This document shows, in pieces, positions 37,460 through 52,090 of a stretch of DNA of 64,000 bases (its first letter is position 1; every line of letters begins with the position of its first letter). This stretch comes from Octopus sinensis (lineage: Eukaryota): assembly GCF_006345805.1 (NCBI RefSeq), contig NC_043004.1, positions 29,946,001 to 30,010,000 of the forward strand, written 5' to 3'. The notes beneath the pieces were generated by a model that was given only the letters and a program-made list of their open reading frames with translations, was not told where the DNA came from and did not search any database. The position numbers and the translations under genes were made by a program.

Positions 37460-40400
37460 TATATAGATAAGAAAGTTGGTTTGTGAAAGCACGTGGGTGA
37501 AGATATAGAAAATAGTAAAGAGTGAAAAAACTACAGAAGGCTTAAATGTTAAAAAATATATATATTGCGTCAATATGTCTGAAGAATATTAAAAAATTAA
37601 AAAAAAATTTTTAATATTCTTCAGACATATTGACGCAAATATATATATTTTTTAACATTTAAGCCTTCTGTAGTTTTTTCACTCTTTACTATTTTCTATA
37701 TATATATATATACATATACATATACATACACACACATATGTATATACATATACATACATACACACATATATGCATATATATACATGTACATACATATACA
37801 CATTCATATATGCATACACACATACGAAGTCTGATCAATAAGTATCTGGACTGTTGCCATAGTAACAAAGCTAAAGCATGCAGAGTGAAGCCTCTTAGCA
37901 CAGATTGACTTTGAATTCTGCTGTGCAAGCGCACTCAGTTTTAACATTCTAGCTCACTTCCACTGTTTACAGCAGTGATTGGAAGGAAGGTGTGTAGTGT
38001 GTGATCATTGCATTGACCATGAGAGAGAAAGTTGTGATGGTGATACCTGCTCAGAGGCCTATGCAAAGTGGCAGAAAGTGTATAGAGAGGAGTGTATAAG
38101 CTGCACACAAGTGTATGGGTGGTTCAGATGTTTCCAAGATGGCTGAAAAATGTCAATATTGACAAACGTACAGGGAGACCCGCAGACAGCAGAACATTGC
38201 AGATGTGCGTGCACCTGTGAGAGGAAATCAGTGAATCCCTATCCATGAGTTATCAGAGGATATGTAGATTAGTTACGGTTCAGTTCAGTCCATTATCACT
38301 AAAGATTTGGGTATGAGATGCGTGTCCATCAAGTTTGTGCCAAAACTGCTTTCAGCTGACCAAAAAGATATTCATCTTTCAGTTGCACAAAATGTCTTTG
38401 ATTGTGTTGAGAATGATGAAAGCTTTTTGAAAATTTTGCATAGGTCTCTGCGCAGGTATTATCAAGCTTTTGGCAAAATTCGATGCTGATTCTCTGCTCA
38501 ACTTTCTTTGTTATTGTCAATGTGATGATCACATGCTACACATCTTCCTTCCAAGCATTGCTGTAAACAGCAAAAGTGAGCTAGAATGTTAAAACTTAGT
38601 GTACATGTACAGCAGAATTCAAGGTCAATCAGTGCCACGCGGTGTCACTCAGCATGCTTTAGCTTCATCACTATGGCAACAGTCTGGATACTTATTGATC
38701 AGACCACGTATATATATGTATATATATATATCATTCATCATCATTATCATTTACTGTTTGTCTTCCTTGCTGGCAGACACACACATACATGCGCATGTAC
38801 ATACATATATGCATCCATCCAATTTTATGTTGGAGAGGAAAGAGGTGAAATATATTTCATGATATTTTAAAATTTGATTTAAATTTAATTTTGTTATAAA
38901 AATTAGTTCATTGTTTTTACAAATTTCAGTCATAGGATTATTTGGCCATGCAGCATCATTCCCTTATAATCAATTACATTGCTTCCATAACTTGTTTCAT
39001 TCCCTGTTACTTATCTCATTGATTTCTGAAGGTTGAGAGGTAAACTTGACATATGCCGGATTTGAACTAAGAGCATAAAATCATGTGTCCAACGCTTTAC
39101 TGATCCTACAACTCAACCACCCACCTATGGCCATCAGTTCACTTCTCTGAATAGTCTGTAAAAGCCTGACAATCTTTTAATATATATAAGTATAATTGCT
39201 GGATGCCTGCCACTGAGCAACTCCAGCAGACTGAAATCATGAGATCTAACAATTCCAGCATCCATAACAGATGATTCTCATCTGCTATGATACATATCTG
39301 TGCTTTTATGTACCATGTGTTTCAAGGCAAATATTACAGTGTTTGGCATTTTAACAAGATACATTAAGTTAGATGTAAAGATTGCTTTTTGGTAATACTA
39401 ATACTGCTTCTGCTGTGAATAATTATTTTATTGTATAATTAGAAATAAATTCTTGTTATCAAGAAAATTTATTAAATTTAATGTTTCTGTAGAAATGTAG
39501 TTCAATCATTAATTGCATTCAGTAATAATTACTAATTATAACTAAAAGCCATAATTTTATCTTTTATAATTGACAGTTTTATCCAATCATATATCTTTTC
39601 CGCTGTTCTAATTAGAAACAACCATCATTAAACTTTCTGGTTAGATTCCCAAGTATGACCAACTGAGACTAAGGATATTATTCAAGTATCTTTTTTCTTG
39701 GACAACCTTAAGGTATCCTGATAGTTAGCTCATCTTAAAGAATCCTGCTTGTTCGTCTTTCCTGTGACATTCTAATCATGAATGTCATACCAGAGCTGTG
39801 ATCTCTCAACGAGGAGAAGGAGTGGCTTGACCTGGAGTGATTCCTTGATCTGAGCTTTTCATACCCTGTTAAGTAATGTTATTCAAGAGACCCTTCAGAG
39901 GAACCCCTTTCAGTTGCTTGTATTCGCAAAAGTAAACTTTCTAGTTATATTATACTTAAATAATTTGTATTAATTTTACCATTGGTTTCAATGGCTGCTG
40001 TATATGACTGTGGCTTTGAACTGGTTGGTCACCCTCCCTATTCCCTTGATTAGGCTCCATCTGACTATCAACTGATGATGACCTTTTTTAACCAATAGAA
40101 TGAAAGCTTTTTACCAATTGGATCCAAACACTGCAACACTAATGGAAGGAGTGTGTAGACTACAAGAGGACCATGTCGAAAAATAAACCTCATTTGGTCA
40201 CAATCCATGCAAGCATCTTTGTCAACCTATGAACTTATCAATCGACTCCTGTCTATATCTTGTTTAAACTTTAAACTACTGTACTTTTGTTCAGAAACAT
40301 GAGAATAGTTTTACACTGAAAATCAATTATTAACAAACAACAGAAAACTAGGGGAGTGCTGTTTTCTAAAGAATTACTCTGATAGATAGACTTTAAAAAA

Positions 40401-41440
40401 TTTTTTTTTTTGAGTAGGGATATTGAGATTTTAACTGTTCACTTCAATTCGAAACAATAGACAGAGATATACAAAATCAAGAGGGTAGGCTGAGCATGAC
40501 TGGAAAGGTTTAGATCATTGATCAGCTTAGTCACAGCTGACCAAGTTTTAGAGGTTATTAGATTAATATATTCAATAAGTGCATAAGCACTATTAAATAT
40601 ATATTCACTGAATTTAAGATCTCATTTGCTTAAGATATTGTTAAACTGCAATATATCAAAACTTCAATACAATATCCACAATAGGAATGAGTTCAGAGCA
40701 GAATATTTAGAAGAATAAAAAGTAAAAATTTCACAGATATTTCATAATTTCATGCTAAGTTCTGCAATTGTTTCCATAGTCCAAAAACAAAACATCATCA
40801 TCAACATAATCATTACATAATTAATATATAAAAAAAGATAATCAATTAATTTGAATGAGATGAATAAACTATATCATCAGGAAATTAAATTTGAAATATT
40901 AGATTAGAAATGCAGAAAGAGGCAAAGAATAAGTGAAGAGAGAAGGAAGATGAGGCAGAGAAATAATAAATCAGATGTACCTACTTTCCTTGACCAAGGG
41001 TACTGTATAGGTAATTCCAACAGGATACTAGTGCTGAAATCCCTGCTGATGAAGGATACTGGGGTCGAGACATGCAATACCTGTTTGATAGACAAAGTAA
41101 GACAGATAATAAAACTGAAGAAGTTCAATATTTATATTAAATATGGCTAGTTGCTACTACCAATTGATTTCTTTTATCTAGACCCTGATTTTAGTCACTG
41201 GACACTGATCATATTAGGACACCACCAGATATTGATGAAGTTAGGGAAAACACAGAATTGAGTTGTGTGGAAGTATGTTGTATTTACAAATCTGCCCAAC
41301 CCACACCAATGTGGGAAAAAATATAACTAAAAACTAATGATGATGATGACAACTACAACAATGATGACAACAATTATAAAAAGATGAATGAATTTTATCC
41401 AGCATGCTAACCATTCTGCCAGCTTGCTATAATAATAATG

Positions 41441-41479
<39 letters not shown>

Positions 41480-41690
41480 GTTTCAAATTTTTCCACAAGG
41501 GCAACAATTTTGGGGCAGGGGGTGAGTCAATTACATCGACTCCAATGTTCAACTGGTACTTATTTTATTGACCCTTAAAGGATGAAAGGCAAAGTGAACC
41601 TTGGCAGAATTTGAACTCAGAATGTAGTGATGGGCAAAATACCGCTAAGCATTTTGTCCAGCGTGCTAACAATTCTGCCAGCTTGCTGCC

Positions 41691-41722
<32 letters not shown>

Positions 41723-44700
41723 CCTTTCTACTGAAATTTGGGGGAGGGGACTAGTTGATTATATTGACCCCAATCTTTCACTAGTACTTAATTTATCAAC
41801 CCCCAAAGGATGAACAACAAAGTTGGCCTCAGTGAAATTTGAACTCAGAACATAAGGACAGATGAAATGCTGCCTTCCTTTTTACTATAGGCACAAGCTT
41901 GAAATTTTTTGGGGAGGCAGCTTGTCAATTATTGATACTTAATTTATCAACCCCCAAAAAGATGGAAGGCAAAATCGACCTCAGTGGAATTTGAACTCAA
42001 CATAAAATCAGATAAAAATGCTAAGCATTCTGTCCAGTGTGCTAATGCTTCTGCCAGTTTGCTGCCTTAATAATCCTTTCTCCTAAAGGCATAAGGTCTG
42101 AAATTTTAGGGGAGGGGACTGGTTGATTACATCGACCCCAGTGTTTCACTGGTACTTAATTTATTGACCCCAAAAGTTGGCCTCGGCGGAATTTGAACTC
42201 AGAATGTAGCAACAGGTGAAATACCACTAAGCATTTCATCCAGTGTGCTAATGATTCTGCCAGCTTGCTACTTTCTTAATAATAATAATAATAATAATGG
42301 TTTCAAATTTTAGCACAAGACCAGAAATTTTTAGGGAGGGGGTAAGTTGATTAGATCAACCCAAGGATTCAACTGGTACTTATTTTATTGATCCTAAAAG
42401 GATGGAAAGGTAAAGTCAACCTTGGTGGAATTTGAACTGGAGTTATGAAAGACAAAGTTGATTTCATCACTATTTTATAGTTACTACTACTACTACTATT
42501 TGTAGTAGTAAGTCATAACTTGTTGGGGACATTATAAATGCAAAATATTTAGAAACAATAAATAAAAATCAGCAGGGAATTTACATGGAGCAAAAAGAGG
42601 TGACATCAACAATAATAAAAAAAAAGAAAATAATGATAATAATAATAATAATATTTTAAAAGGATTAATGTAACTCTTCACAAAGGTAAACAGACAAGTC
42701 GAAGAGCATGAGGCAAATGCAATAGATACTTTATTGGTTGAACAATATTTCGACAGCAAGCCTGTCTTTGTTGAGTTCAAAATAAAAAGTGATAAAAATT
42801 CAAAATTATAGAAATTCAAATTTAAAATATAAATAAGAGCAACCAGTGTCAATTTTATAACTGGCGAAAAGAAAAAGACAGAAAAAAAGACTGGTGATGT
42901 CATTCCATCAATGTATGGATGCTGGTTGCTCTCGTTCATCTTTTAGATTTGAGTTTTTATCACTTTTTATTTTGAACTCAACAAAGACAGGCTTGCTGTC
43001 GAAATATCGTTCAACCAATAAAATATCAATTGCAACCGCATTGCACTCTTTGTTTTGTCTAATAATAATGATAATAATGATTTCATTTATTTGCCACAAG
43101 GGCGAAGGATGAGAAGGACAATACAAAGATAGACATAAAGTGTTGGGAGTTTACATATAATGAAATGATAAAAAAAAAATATAGAAAGAAAGAAAGCCTC
43201 TAGGGATAATCAAGGAACCCCACTGTCCAAGATTTCCCTGAAATCCCAAAAGCAAGTGCCCTCTCCAATTCCTTCTCTCTGACTCACAGGTCTATACTTA
43301 GAGAGGTACCATCCACTCTTACCATTTTTGCAACTTTCACCCACCTTTCAATAAACTCACTCAAGCACAGCATTTCCCTCTCCACTCTTAATTTCCTTTT
43401 CAAGTGAAGCTTGGGAAGTCACTGAGAGCTCTACCAAAGAGGAATGTATCTGTCCTCATGCCTTTCAGCCTTAATAATAATAATAATAATAATTAGTGGG
43501 ACCTATGGAAATTCCACAGAATGAAAAAGATTAAGAGAAGCTATTTAAGAAAGGATAATTTTTATTTTTATTTTGCTAAGTTATTTCACTTCCAGTCACA
43601 AAAATATATTATTTGATTTTAAAATTTCCCTCTACTAAGCACGTTATATTCCTCTCTTTTACTCTACTTCTTCAACAAACTTTTTAACCATGTAATTTCC
43701 CTCTTCCTGTCTTTAACATTTCTCTCTTTCTCTTCATCTTTCACTTCCACTAACCACATGAGTGACAGCATAACGCATTGGCTGGCTATCTGTTCTCTCA
43801 CTCACTCTCACATTCGCTCTTATTTTCTCTCACTACACTTCCTCCTCCTCTTTAACAAAGTAAAGCATAAAGAGTGAATGAACAGGGAGAAGAATAATAA
43901 TATAGAATTAGTTCAGTAAAAAGAAAAAACACTTTTCACTATCAACACACAACCACCATCACTATAGTTTTTAGTAATAGAGCTCATTTCATTTCACTTC
44001 AGTCCAGCTGTTTGTTTATATCTACTTTTTCTTGCTGTCAATGTATCTCTACTCTAACAATGCAAACGCTATCTGTCTGTCTGTCTGTCACTTTCTCTCT
44101 TAATGTAACTGCCTCCCCTTTCCATCTCTCTCTATTTACCTTTCTTTCACCTCACCACCCAGAACATCACCTTCTGCTAAAAAGTGTATACTTAAACATA
44201 TCTCTTTCTCATTACCTTTTTCTCCCCACCTTACAGCACATTGTTAACATTTATCTCTCCTTCTTTTCTCTTACCCTTTTCTCTTGCTCTTTGCCTCTCA
44301 CTTCAACTAACCATGTGATGCATTTGGCCTTATTATACATCTTTCTGTACTTCTTCTCTACTCATGCTCCTCCTCTCTCACTCTCACTTTTACCCGACCT
44401 ATACCTCTCTAACAAACGAACAAGCAGATTATTATACAGATGGTTTCAAATTTTGGCACAAGGCCAGTAGTTTTGGGGGAAGAGAATAAGTCGATTACAT
44501 TAATCCCAGTGTTCAACTGGAACTTAATTTATCGACCTTGAAATGATGAAAGACAAAGTCAACCGTGGCAGAATTTGAACTCAGAACATGAAGACAGACT
44601 AAATGCCACTAAGCATGCCAGCTCACCACCCTACAATAATAATGATGATGATAATGGTTTCAAATTCTGGTACAAGGTCAGCAAATTTGGGGGAGGAGAC

Positions 44701-44868
44701 TAGTTGATTACATTGACCCCAGTACTAAATTGGTACCTATTTTATCAACCCTGAAAAGATGAAAGGCAAAGTCAATCTTGGTGGCATTTGAACTCAGAAT
44801 GTAAAGACAGTTGAAATACCGCAAGGCATTTTTGCCTAGCACAGTTATAATTCTGCCAGCTTGCCACC

Positions 44869-44909
<41 letters not shown>

Positions 44910-47900
44910 TCTTACTACTATTGGCGCAAGACCTGATATTTTGGAGGAAGGGGCTAGTCATTTATATTGGCCCCAGTGTTCAATTGGTACTTATTTTATC
45001 AACCCACAAAAGGATGAAAAACCAAGTTGACCGTAACAGAATTTGAACTCAGAATGCAAAATCAGAAGAAATGTTGCTAATGATATTTTTGAGTGAAATG
45101 ACTCCTTGGAGTGAGTAAACCATATATCTTAGACATTCTTTATATTAGATGGTCAAGCTTCTTAACTGCCACAGCCACTTCTACCCCATAGACTATATTT
45201 AAGCTTCTATCTAATGTTAGTAATTCTCATGATATCAGTTCAACTTCAGGCAGACATCATCACCAGAACCATAAAGACAGGTTTTCTATGAATATATTCT
45301 CCACAGAAAAATGGTAAAAAGAAAACAAGAAAAGATAATTGTTATCAGTTGTTGTTCATGTTGTAGAATAATTTCCAATTCAATTTAAGCTCCACATGTA
45401 TCGGAATCTTGTACTATTGCAACAAAAATAGATTTTTTTTATTTACCCAATCATACAAACTTGCTAGAAAATTAGATCTCTATAAAGAATTTCTTCATGA
45501 AAAAACTTTAAAAAGAATACAAAATAAACAAAAAACTATTTCTGAAGCAAAACTGCGTAGAGCTAGTAATGTTGACACAAAGATTTACTGTCATCATCAA
45601 TTATCCTTAAACTGCTTCACAATCAGTTCTTACAGACTGCTCAACTAACGTATGCCTAGACAATGTATTTTTTGCATCAATTTATTGTTATTTATTTGCT
45701 ATATACAACTTGCTTGTTTGCTTAATTAGGTAAACAAATGAAAATAGGATAAAGAGAATAAAATATTCTATTTCTCCGGTTTCTAAGACAGAATACTGAA
45801 ACTTCCTTTTATATCACAATACAATTTAGGTTAAAACTCAAATCTAGCAAAGGAATGTATCTTCTGTTGTCAGACACAATGACAAACCTACCACAGAATT
45901 TGTGAGCCAAATCTTGATAATTACCAGATTTGAGTAATCAATGTACTTCTAAAAGATAATAATCCATGAGGTTTATTGATTCTTACAGGAATACAAGGGT
46001 CTTTAAAACATAAGCAACATTGTAAAAAATTGTTTCTAATTCTCAGTCAGTCTTTTGTTTTAAGAAACTACGAGAACCCTAGTATTAGACTGGTACATAT
46101 TGATCCCAGAAGGATGGAAATGGACTTCAATGGGATTTAAAATATTAAGTATTAGAACTAAATATTGATCTCAAATTTTGACATAAGGCCAGCAATTTTG
46201 GGAGAGGGTTAAGTCAATTACATCAACCCCTAGTGTTCAACTGGTATTTACTTTATTGGTCCTGAAAGGATGAAAGGCAAAGTCAACCTCAGTGGAATTT
46301 GAACTCAGAACATGAAGATGTATGAAATGCCACTAAGCGTTTTGCCTGACATGTTAATGATTCTGCCAGCATGCCACCTTACTAGAACTAAATATTGCAA
46401 GGCATTTCATCACTGTTAATTTTAAAAATATGTTAGTCATAATAACAGTCATTATTTTTGCAGGCCCAGCCTGATGTGGACAAAACTCCACTTAAAGAGA
46501 GACAAGCTCCATGAGAAAATCATAGGCAGAAAGGGGACAAGAGCAGTGAGTTGTGGAGGTAGCATCTGGCTGAACACTTCAAGAAGGATAAATCCTTTAT
46601 AGGTAACCAAGGACAGATGTTGGTGTTAAATCAGACACCATTAAAAAAATCGAACGACCAGGCGCTGGTGTTAAACCAGACCTGATTTAATCTGAAGAAG
46701 AGATGTTAATCTAGTTCTTGAGATATTTCATGAATAATCATTACATGAACACAACTCCAACATCAAAAATCTCAAAGCAGGCACTGAGATCATTGATATA
46801 CAAAGCATAGATGTTGACTTGTTTGCAGACAAGTACATGGAGCAATCTGCTGTCCACTGTAGAACATACAACTTGCCCATGGTTTCAGAGGTGGCAGTAA
46901 TCATGCTAGAGATAAATGCTGGCAACAATGATGTTAGGTTCAGAGCTGAGATGGAAGATTCCAGAGAATTAATCAGCTTCACCAAGTTTACAATCCTCTG
47001 TTTTGTACTGCTCTTCCTACATGGTGATGATGGCTAGCAGTTTGGACTGAAGAAGATCATCAATCACGATTTGATATCAATACATTTGATATCATGTTGG
47101 TTCCAGATGTAACAGGATTATTTCAGTACTACCATGAAGAAAACAATCCATGCAGCCATATTGAGTTATTGAACAGGTAAAAATTGAGTACAACAAACTG
47201 TCCTGATCCAAAAACAACTAATTTGCAATATGGGTCTGTTTGATGAAATGATACTGTCAATGTTGGCCAAGAGATTATCCTGTTACCATTATTATATGAC
47301 AACAAACTCTTTTACAATGGATTTTTCTAAAACTGAATGACAGTCATCTGGTACTATGACAAACCAACTTTCTTCATTATTAAGACCACCTAAAGTGACA
47401 AGAAATGACAACTACTGTCAATCCAAAAAGGAAGGTCAGGGATTAACCTAATCTGTGTAAGAACTTACAGAACAAAGTATGGTAGTCTTTTTGATGAAGA
47501 TAAAAATCACTCAAAGAGACTGACAAACAAGGTAATGATCAGTGAAATTCTAGACAAAAGAAGAAGAATCTTGAAGTAGTATTCCACCACTTTGGCAAAA
47601 AAGAGAAAGAAAGAAAAAAATCATGCATGACCCCCGTGCTTCTATCTAACCAAAAAGCTTCCATTGGAGGATTAAGGTCAAAACTGACACTGCACTAAAA
47701 GATTCCCAAAGTTTCTTGGAAACTTCACAATTGTAGGCAAGAATTCATATCTTCAATGCCAATAAAGATCTGCCAGGAAGGGAGGCCACGTCCATGAAAT
47801 CAAGCCAGAGAGATGGGCAGAAGATCAAACTGGACAACCAGTGGACTATATCATACTATCTACTCCTTTTCTTGCCACATTAATTCAGTGTCCAGGCTGT

Positions 47901-50900
47901 GAAATATGTCTATAAATAATAGAAGAGTCAGGTCACGTTTACTTTCAGAAATGAGCCTGGGAAATGGAAGAAGTAGATAATGATAGGATTTTTACCAATG
48001 CATGATATGTGTTAAGCAGCCAGTCTTTCTGAAGAGTCTACCAGTTACTGTTTCACAACAAAGAGCCTCTTGTTGAGAAGCTGCTCTGATAACTGAAGTA
48101 CAAGATGTTTTCTACCCATTTCCATGTATCTATCTGGAAGGATAAAGTGCAGCAAAGATACAAAAAGCTGAATGAGAATAATTAGCTGATGGTTAAATCC
48201 TCCTAACAATCTCATTCAGCTGTGTCTAAGTTAAGGTTTATTATCTGCAAATTATGCAATCACAAAACAAGTGCAACCTTGTATCAGGACTTGCATATAT
48301 TCCAAGGCAGTGAATATGTAACACTTCAAATATACTCCTTGATGACGATGATTATAATAAGAGAACTAGGACCATGGAAGAAGTTTTGGCTAAAGTTTAG
48401 AGAAATTTTACATATGATCCTTCTTATTATATGTCTGTTGCATCCTGGTATTTTGGAACAGGTAAAAAAGCAAAGGGACAAATATGGTGGAGCTCAAGGT
48501 GTACATGATACTGCCTAAGAATCAGGAGTAGTTTGAGCTCAAATGAAAGGATCTACATTTCAAGAATGGGCTGTTATAGCTAGACCTGAACATGTCTGTT
48601 CTGCATCCTAAGTGGGAAGATGGGTCCAAAGTGGTGCAGCTAGAAGCAAATATGAAAGAGGTGTTGCCAACATTGAATTCAGAATAGCAGTTATTTGCTT
48701 TTTTCAAGTGTTCTCACCCCATTAAATAACAAATAAAGCAAAATATTCTACTTAAATAGAAGTGGTGACACCAGCAAGACATATGTCATCACCGTGTTCA
48801 CAAATGCAGTGAGTATCTGTTGAAAGGAATGACAGTACACCAGTCTGGTGACTGGAAATAGATCTTGCCTGTGATTAAACACAGATCTTGGACATAAGTA
48901 GTACAAGTGAAACTGGAGAGGTCAGAAATTTTGAAGCCAAGGAGATTTTTGGAGTTTATGGCCAAACAGCAGATGATTGCTGCCACCAGTGCTGAAGATA
49001 TGATGTCCACTACAAAAGTTGTAGGGTCTTGAGAGTGGACAAATTAAATGTGAATTACCTACTTGGTGTGTAAATGGAAGCAGACGTAATAAATATAGTA
49101 AGATAATTATAAATATTGGTTCCAAATTTTGGCACAATGCCAGCAATTTTGGGGGAGGAGATAAGTTGGTTACATCAACTCCAGTGCTCAACTGCTACTT
49201 ATTTTATCGACCCCAAAAGGATCAAAAGCAAAGTTGACCTTGGTGACATTTGAATGTAAAGACAGATGAAATAGCACTGAGCATTATTACCCAACACAGT
49301 AATGATCCTGCAAACTTGCCACCTAAGAGTAATTATAAATATTATCACCCAATTAACCATTCTGAGACTAAACTACCCAACATAATATGCATTTTAAAGT
49401 GATCTAAGTTAAAAGCTTTCATCAAAATTTCATGCTAATTCATGTTCCAAACACCAGCTTAATGAAGAAAAGTTATTTTACCAGATTCTTTATAATTTTC
49501 AAAATTAACTGAAACAAAGACAGTGCATTTCAACAGAAATATGGTAGCAAAAGAGTTAAGAAGAGTGTGTGTGTGTGTGTGGGGGGGGGGTAAAAACCCA
49601 ACTATTTAAGAAAACTCACCATCGTTTAATGTCGAGATTCTTTCTGAGATTGATTATCTGAGATAGACTATTGTCATCATTAAGGAAGGAATATTCAGAT
49701 GACTCAGCAGTCATAGGTGACAGGACTACGAAAAAGAAAAGAAAAAGGATTTAGATATATAAAACATTGTATTAGGGGTATAAAATAGATTATATTAAAT
49801 ATATAAAATATATTGTATCAGATGTATAAAATACGTTACATGAATAAAACTAGATGTATAAACTATACTGAATTCGATATAGAAAACAGATTGTATTAGG
49901 TGCACAAAATAAATTACATTAAATGTACAAAGTTAAAATATATTATATGAAATATATTGATGTATAAAGTATATATTAGATGTATAAAACATATTATCAT
50001 CACATACTTTCAAATACTAATTGCACCATGATCTCTCTTAATAGAATTTTGTCTAAAACTAAACATTCATATAAACTCAACACTAGTTCTGATGAAAATT
50101 ATAGAAATGTAAACATCTACTGGTGCAGGTGTAGCTGTGTGGTAAGAAGCCTGCTACCCAACCACATGGTTCTGGGTTCAGTGCCACTGTGTGGCACCTT
50201 GGGAAAGTGTCTTCTACTATAGCCTCTGGCCAACCAAAGCCTTATGAGTGAATTTGGCAAATGGCAACTGAAAGAAGCTCGTTGTGTACATGTATGTGTG
50301 TGACTTTGTGTCTGTATTTGCCTCCCTTCACTGCTTGACAACCAGTGTTGGTGTGTTTACAACCCTGTAACTTCAGCAAAAAGAGACCAATAGAATAAGT
50401 ATTGGGGTCGATTCATTCAACTAAAAACTGTTCAAGGTGGTACCCAAGCATAGTTGCAGTCAAATGACTGAAACAAGTAAAAGATAAAAGCTCATATGAT
50501 ATATTTAATTCTGATTTTGCTTTGCAACAATTTTCATTTGAAACCATGAGCTGAAACCAATACTGTTATATTTGAGAAGAGTCACAACAGATAAACTACG
50601 AATAAACTCACGAGTTAATCTATATTGCACTTGTCTTTCTTTTCTCTAAAGCAGTTAATGTTTATGTTCTGAAAAATATTTTTTCTCCACCCTGTTGTGG
50701 TTAGATATATTTCTCAATTGTTTATATATATCTTTTCTTTTAAATGCTTGATATACACTGTTGTGTTTGGGGAGAGTCATTTTCGTTTTCTGCCTTATAA
50801 TGTAACACACTCACCGGTAAAATTTCCACTTTTTTCTTATTTTTATTTTCCTAAAATTTTTGTTGTGTCTTGCAACCTTTTCAAAAGTTTTGACTCTCTT

Positions 50901-52020
50901 GATATACATAGATATATTTAGTTTAACTGTGAGACATAAACTACACAACAGACTTGGTCCGATCTCAGAATATTGCCAAAATTGTAATATTAAATTTGGA
51001 TTCCGTAATTTCTTTAAATATATTTAGACATATTGAGACACAGGTGTGACTGTGTAGTTAAGAGACTTGCTTTACAGCCATGTAGTTTTGGGTTCAGTCC
51101 CACTGTGCAACACCTTGGGCAAGTGTCTTCTACTTTAGCCCTGGGCTCTGTGTGTGTATGTGTGTGCACGCATATGCACACATGCATGTATGTGTTTGTA
51201 CTGTGCAAGCTTGTCTCCACATAATGTGATATTGTAAATGAACACCACTGTCATCCAAGTGATGTTGTTTGTTCTCAGTCTTCCAGTGGAAAACAAGTTG
51301 GCAAAGGGAAATAATAATAACTTGCTTGGAAACAAGTGAGGATTGGTAACAGGAAGGGCATCCAACCATAAAAATTCTGCCTCAAGAATTTTGTCCGACT
51401 CACGCAGGCATAGAAAAGTAGATGTTAAAATGATGATGTTGATGATATTTAAACATACTAACTGTAATGTGTGTTACATTTGTCATTGTTCATTTTTATG
51501 TCTTGGATGAAGATTTAATTGTTTCAGTCATTGAACTGTGACCATGCTGGGGCACTACCTTGAAGGGTTTAGTCAAACAATACTGCCTTCATCAGTTAAT
51601 TTTAGGTTCGGTACTTATTTTATAGTCTCTTTGGTTGAACCACTAAGTTATAGGGATATGATCAAACCAACTCTGGATGTCAAATGGTGGTGGTGGTGGT
51701 GGCAGTGGGGAACAAATGCAACGACACACACATTATGGTCCTGATAAGGTAGAAAGTTGGAGTGTTGTTTCGTCCCTGTATAAGCAACATACAACAATTA
51801 ACCATTGCACAATATAAAAGCACACATTTTGATGCAAGTCTTTGCCACTCTAATGTATAAAAAGTACTTTTACATAATACCTTGGTTATGTAAAGTATTG
51901 TGTAACTTTCCATATGAAAATTTTGCATGCAATGACATTAAAAACAGGATGGTACTGAAATAATTTTAACTGGTAATTAAAGATGTGCCAGATTCTTTCT
52001 TTGTCTTTTTTTATCATGAT

Positions 52021-52090
<70 letters not shown>

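Noticed and set aside
39790-39940. Exon-like segment in a BIVM intron
   Set aside because: Stops in the usable frames; not needed, since the flanking exons join in phase and match the family continuously.
42532-43126. ORFs sharing the peptide [20 protein letters not shown]
   Set aside because: This is a by-product of the 42718-43034 inverted repeat.
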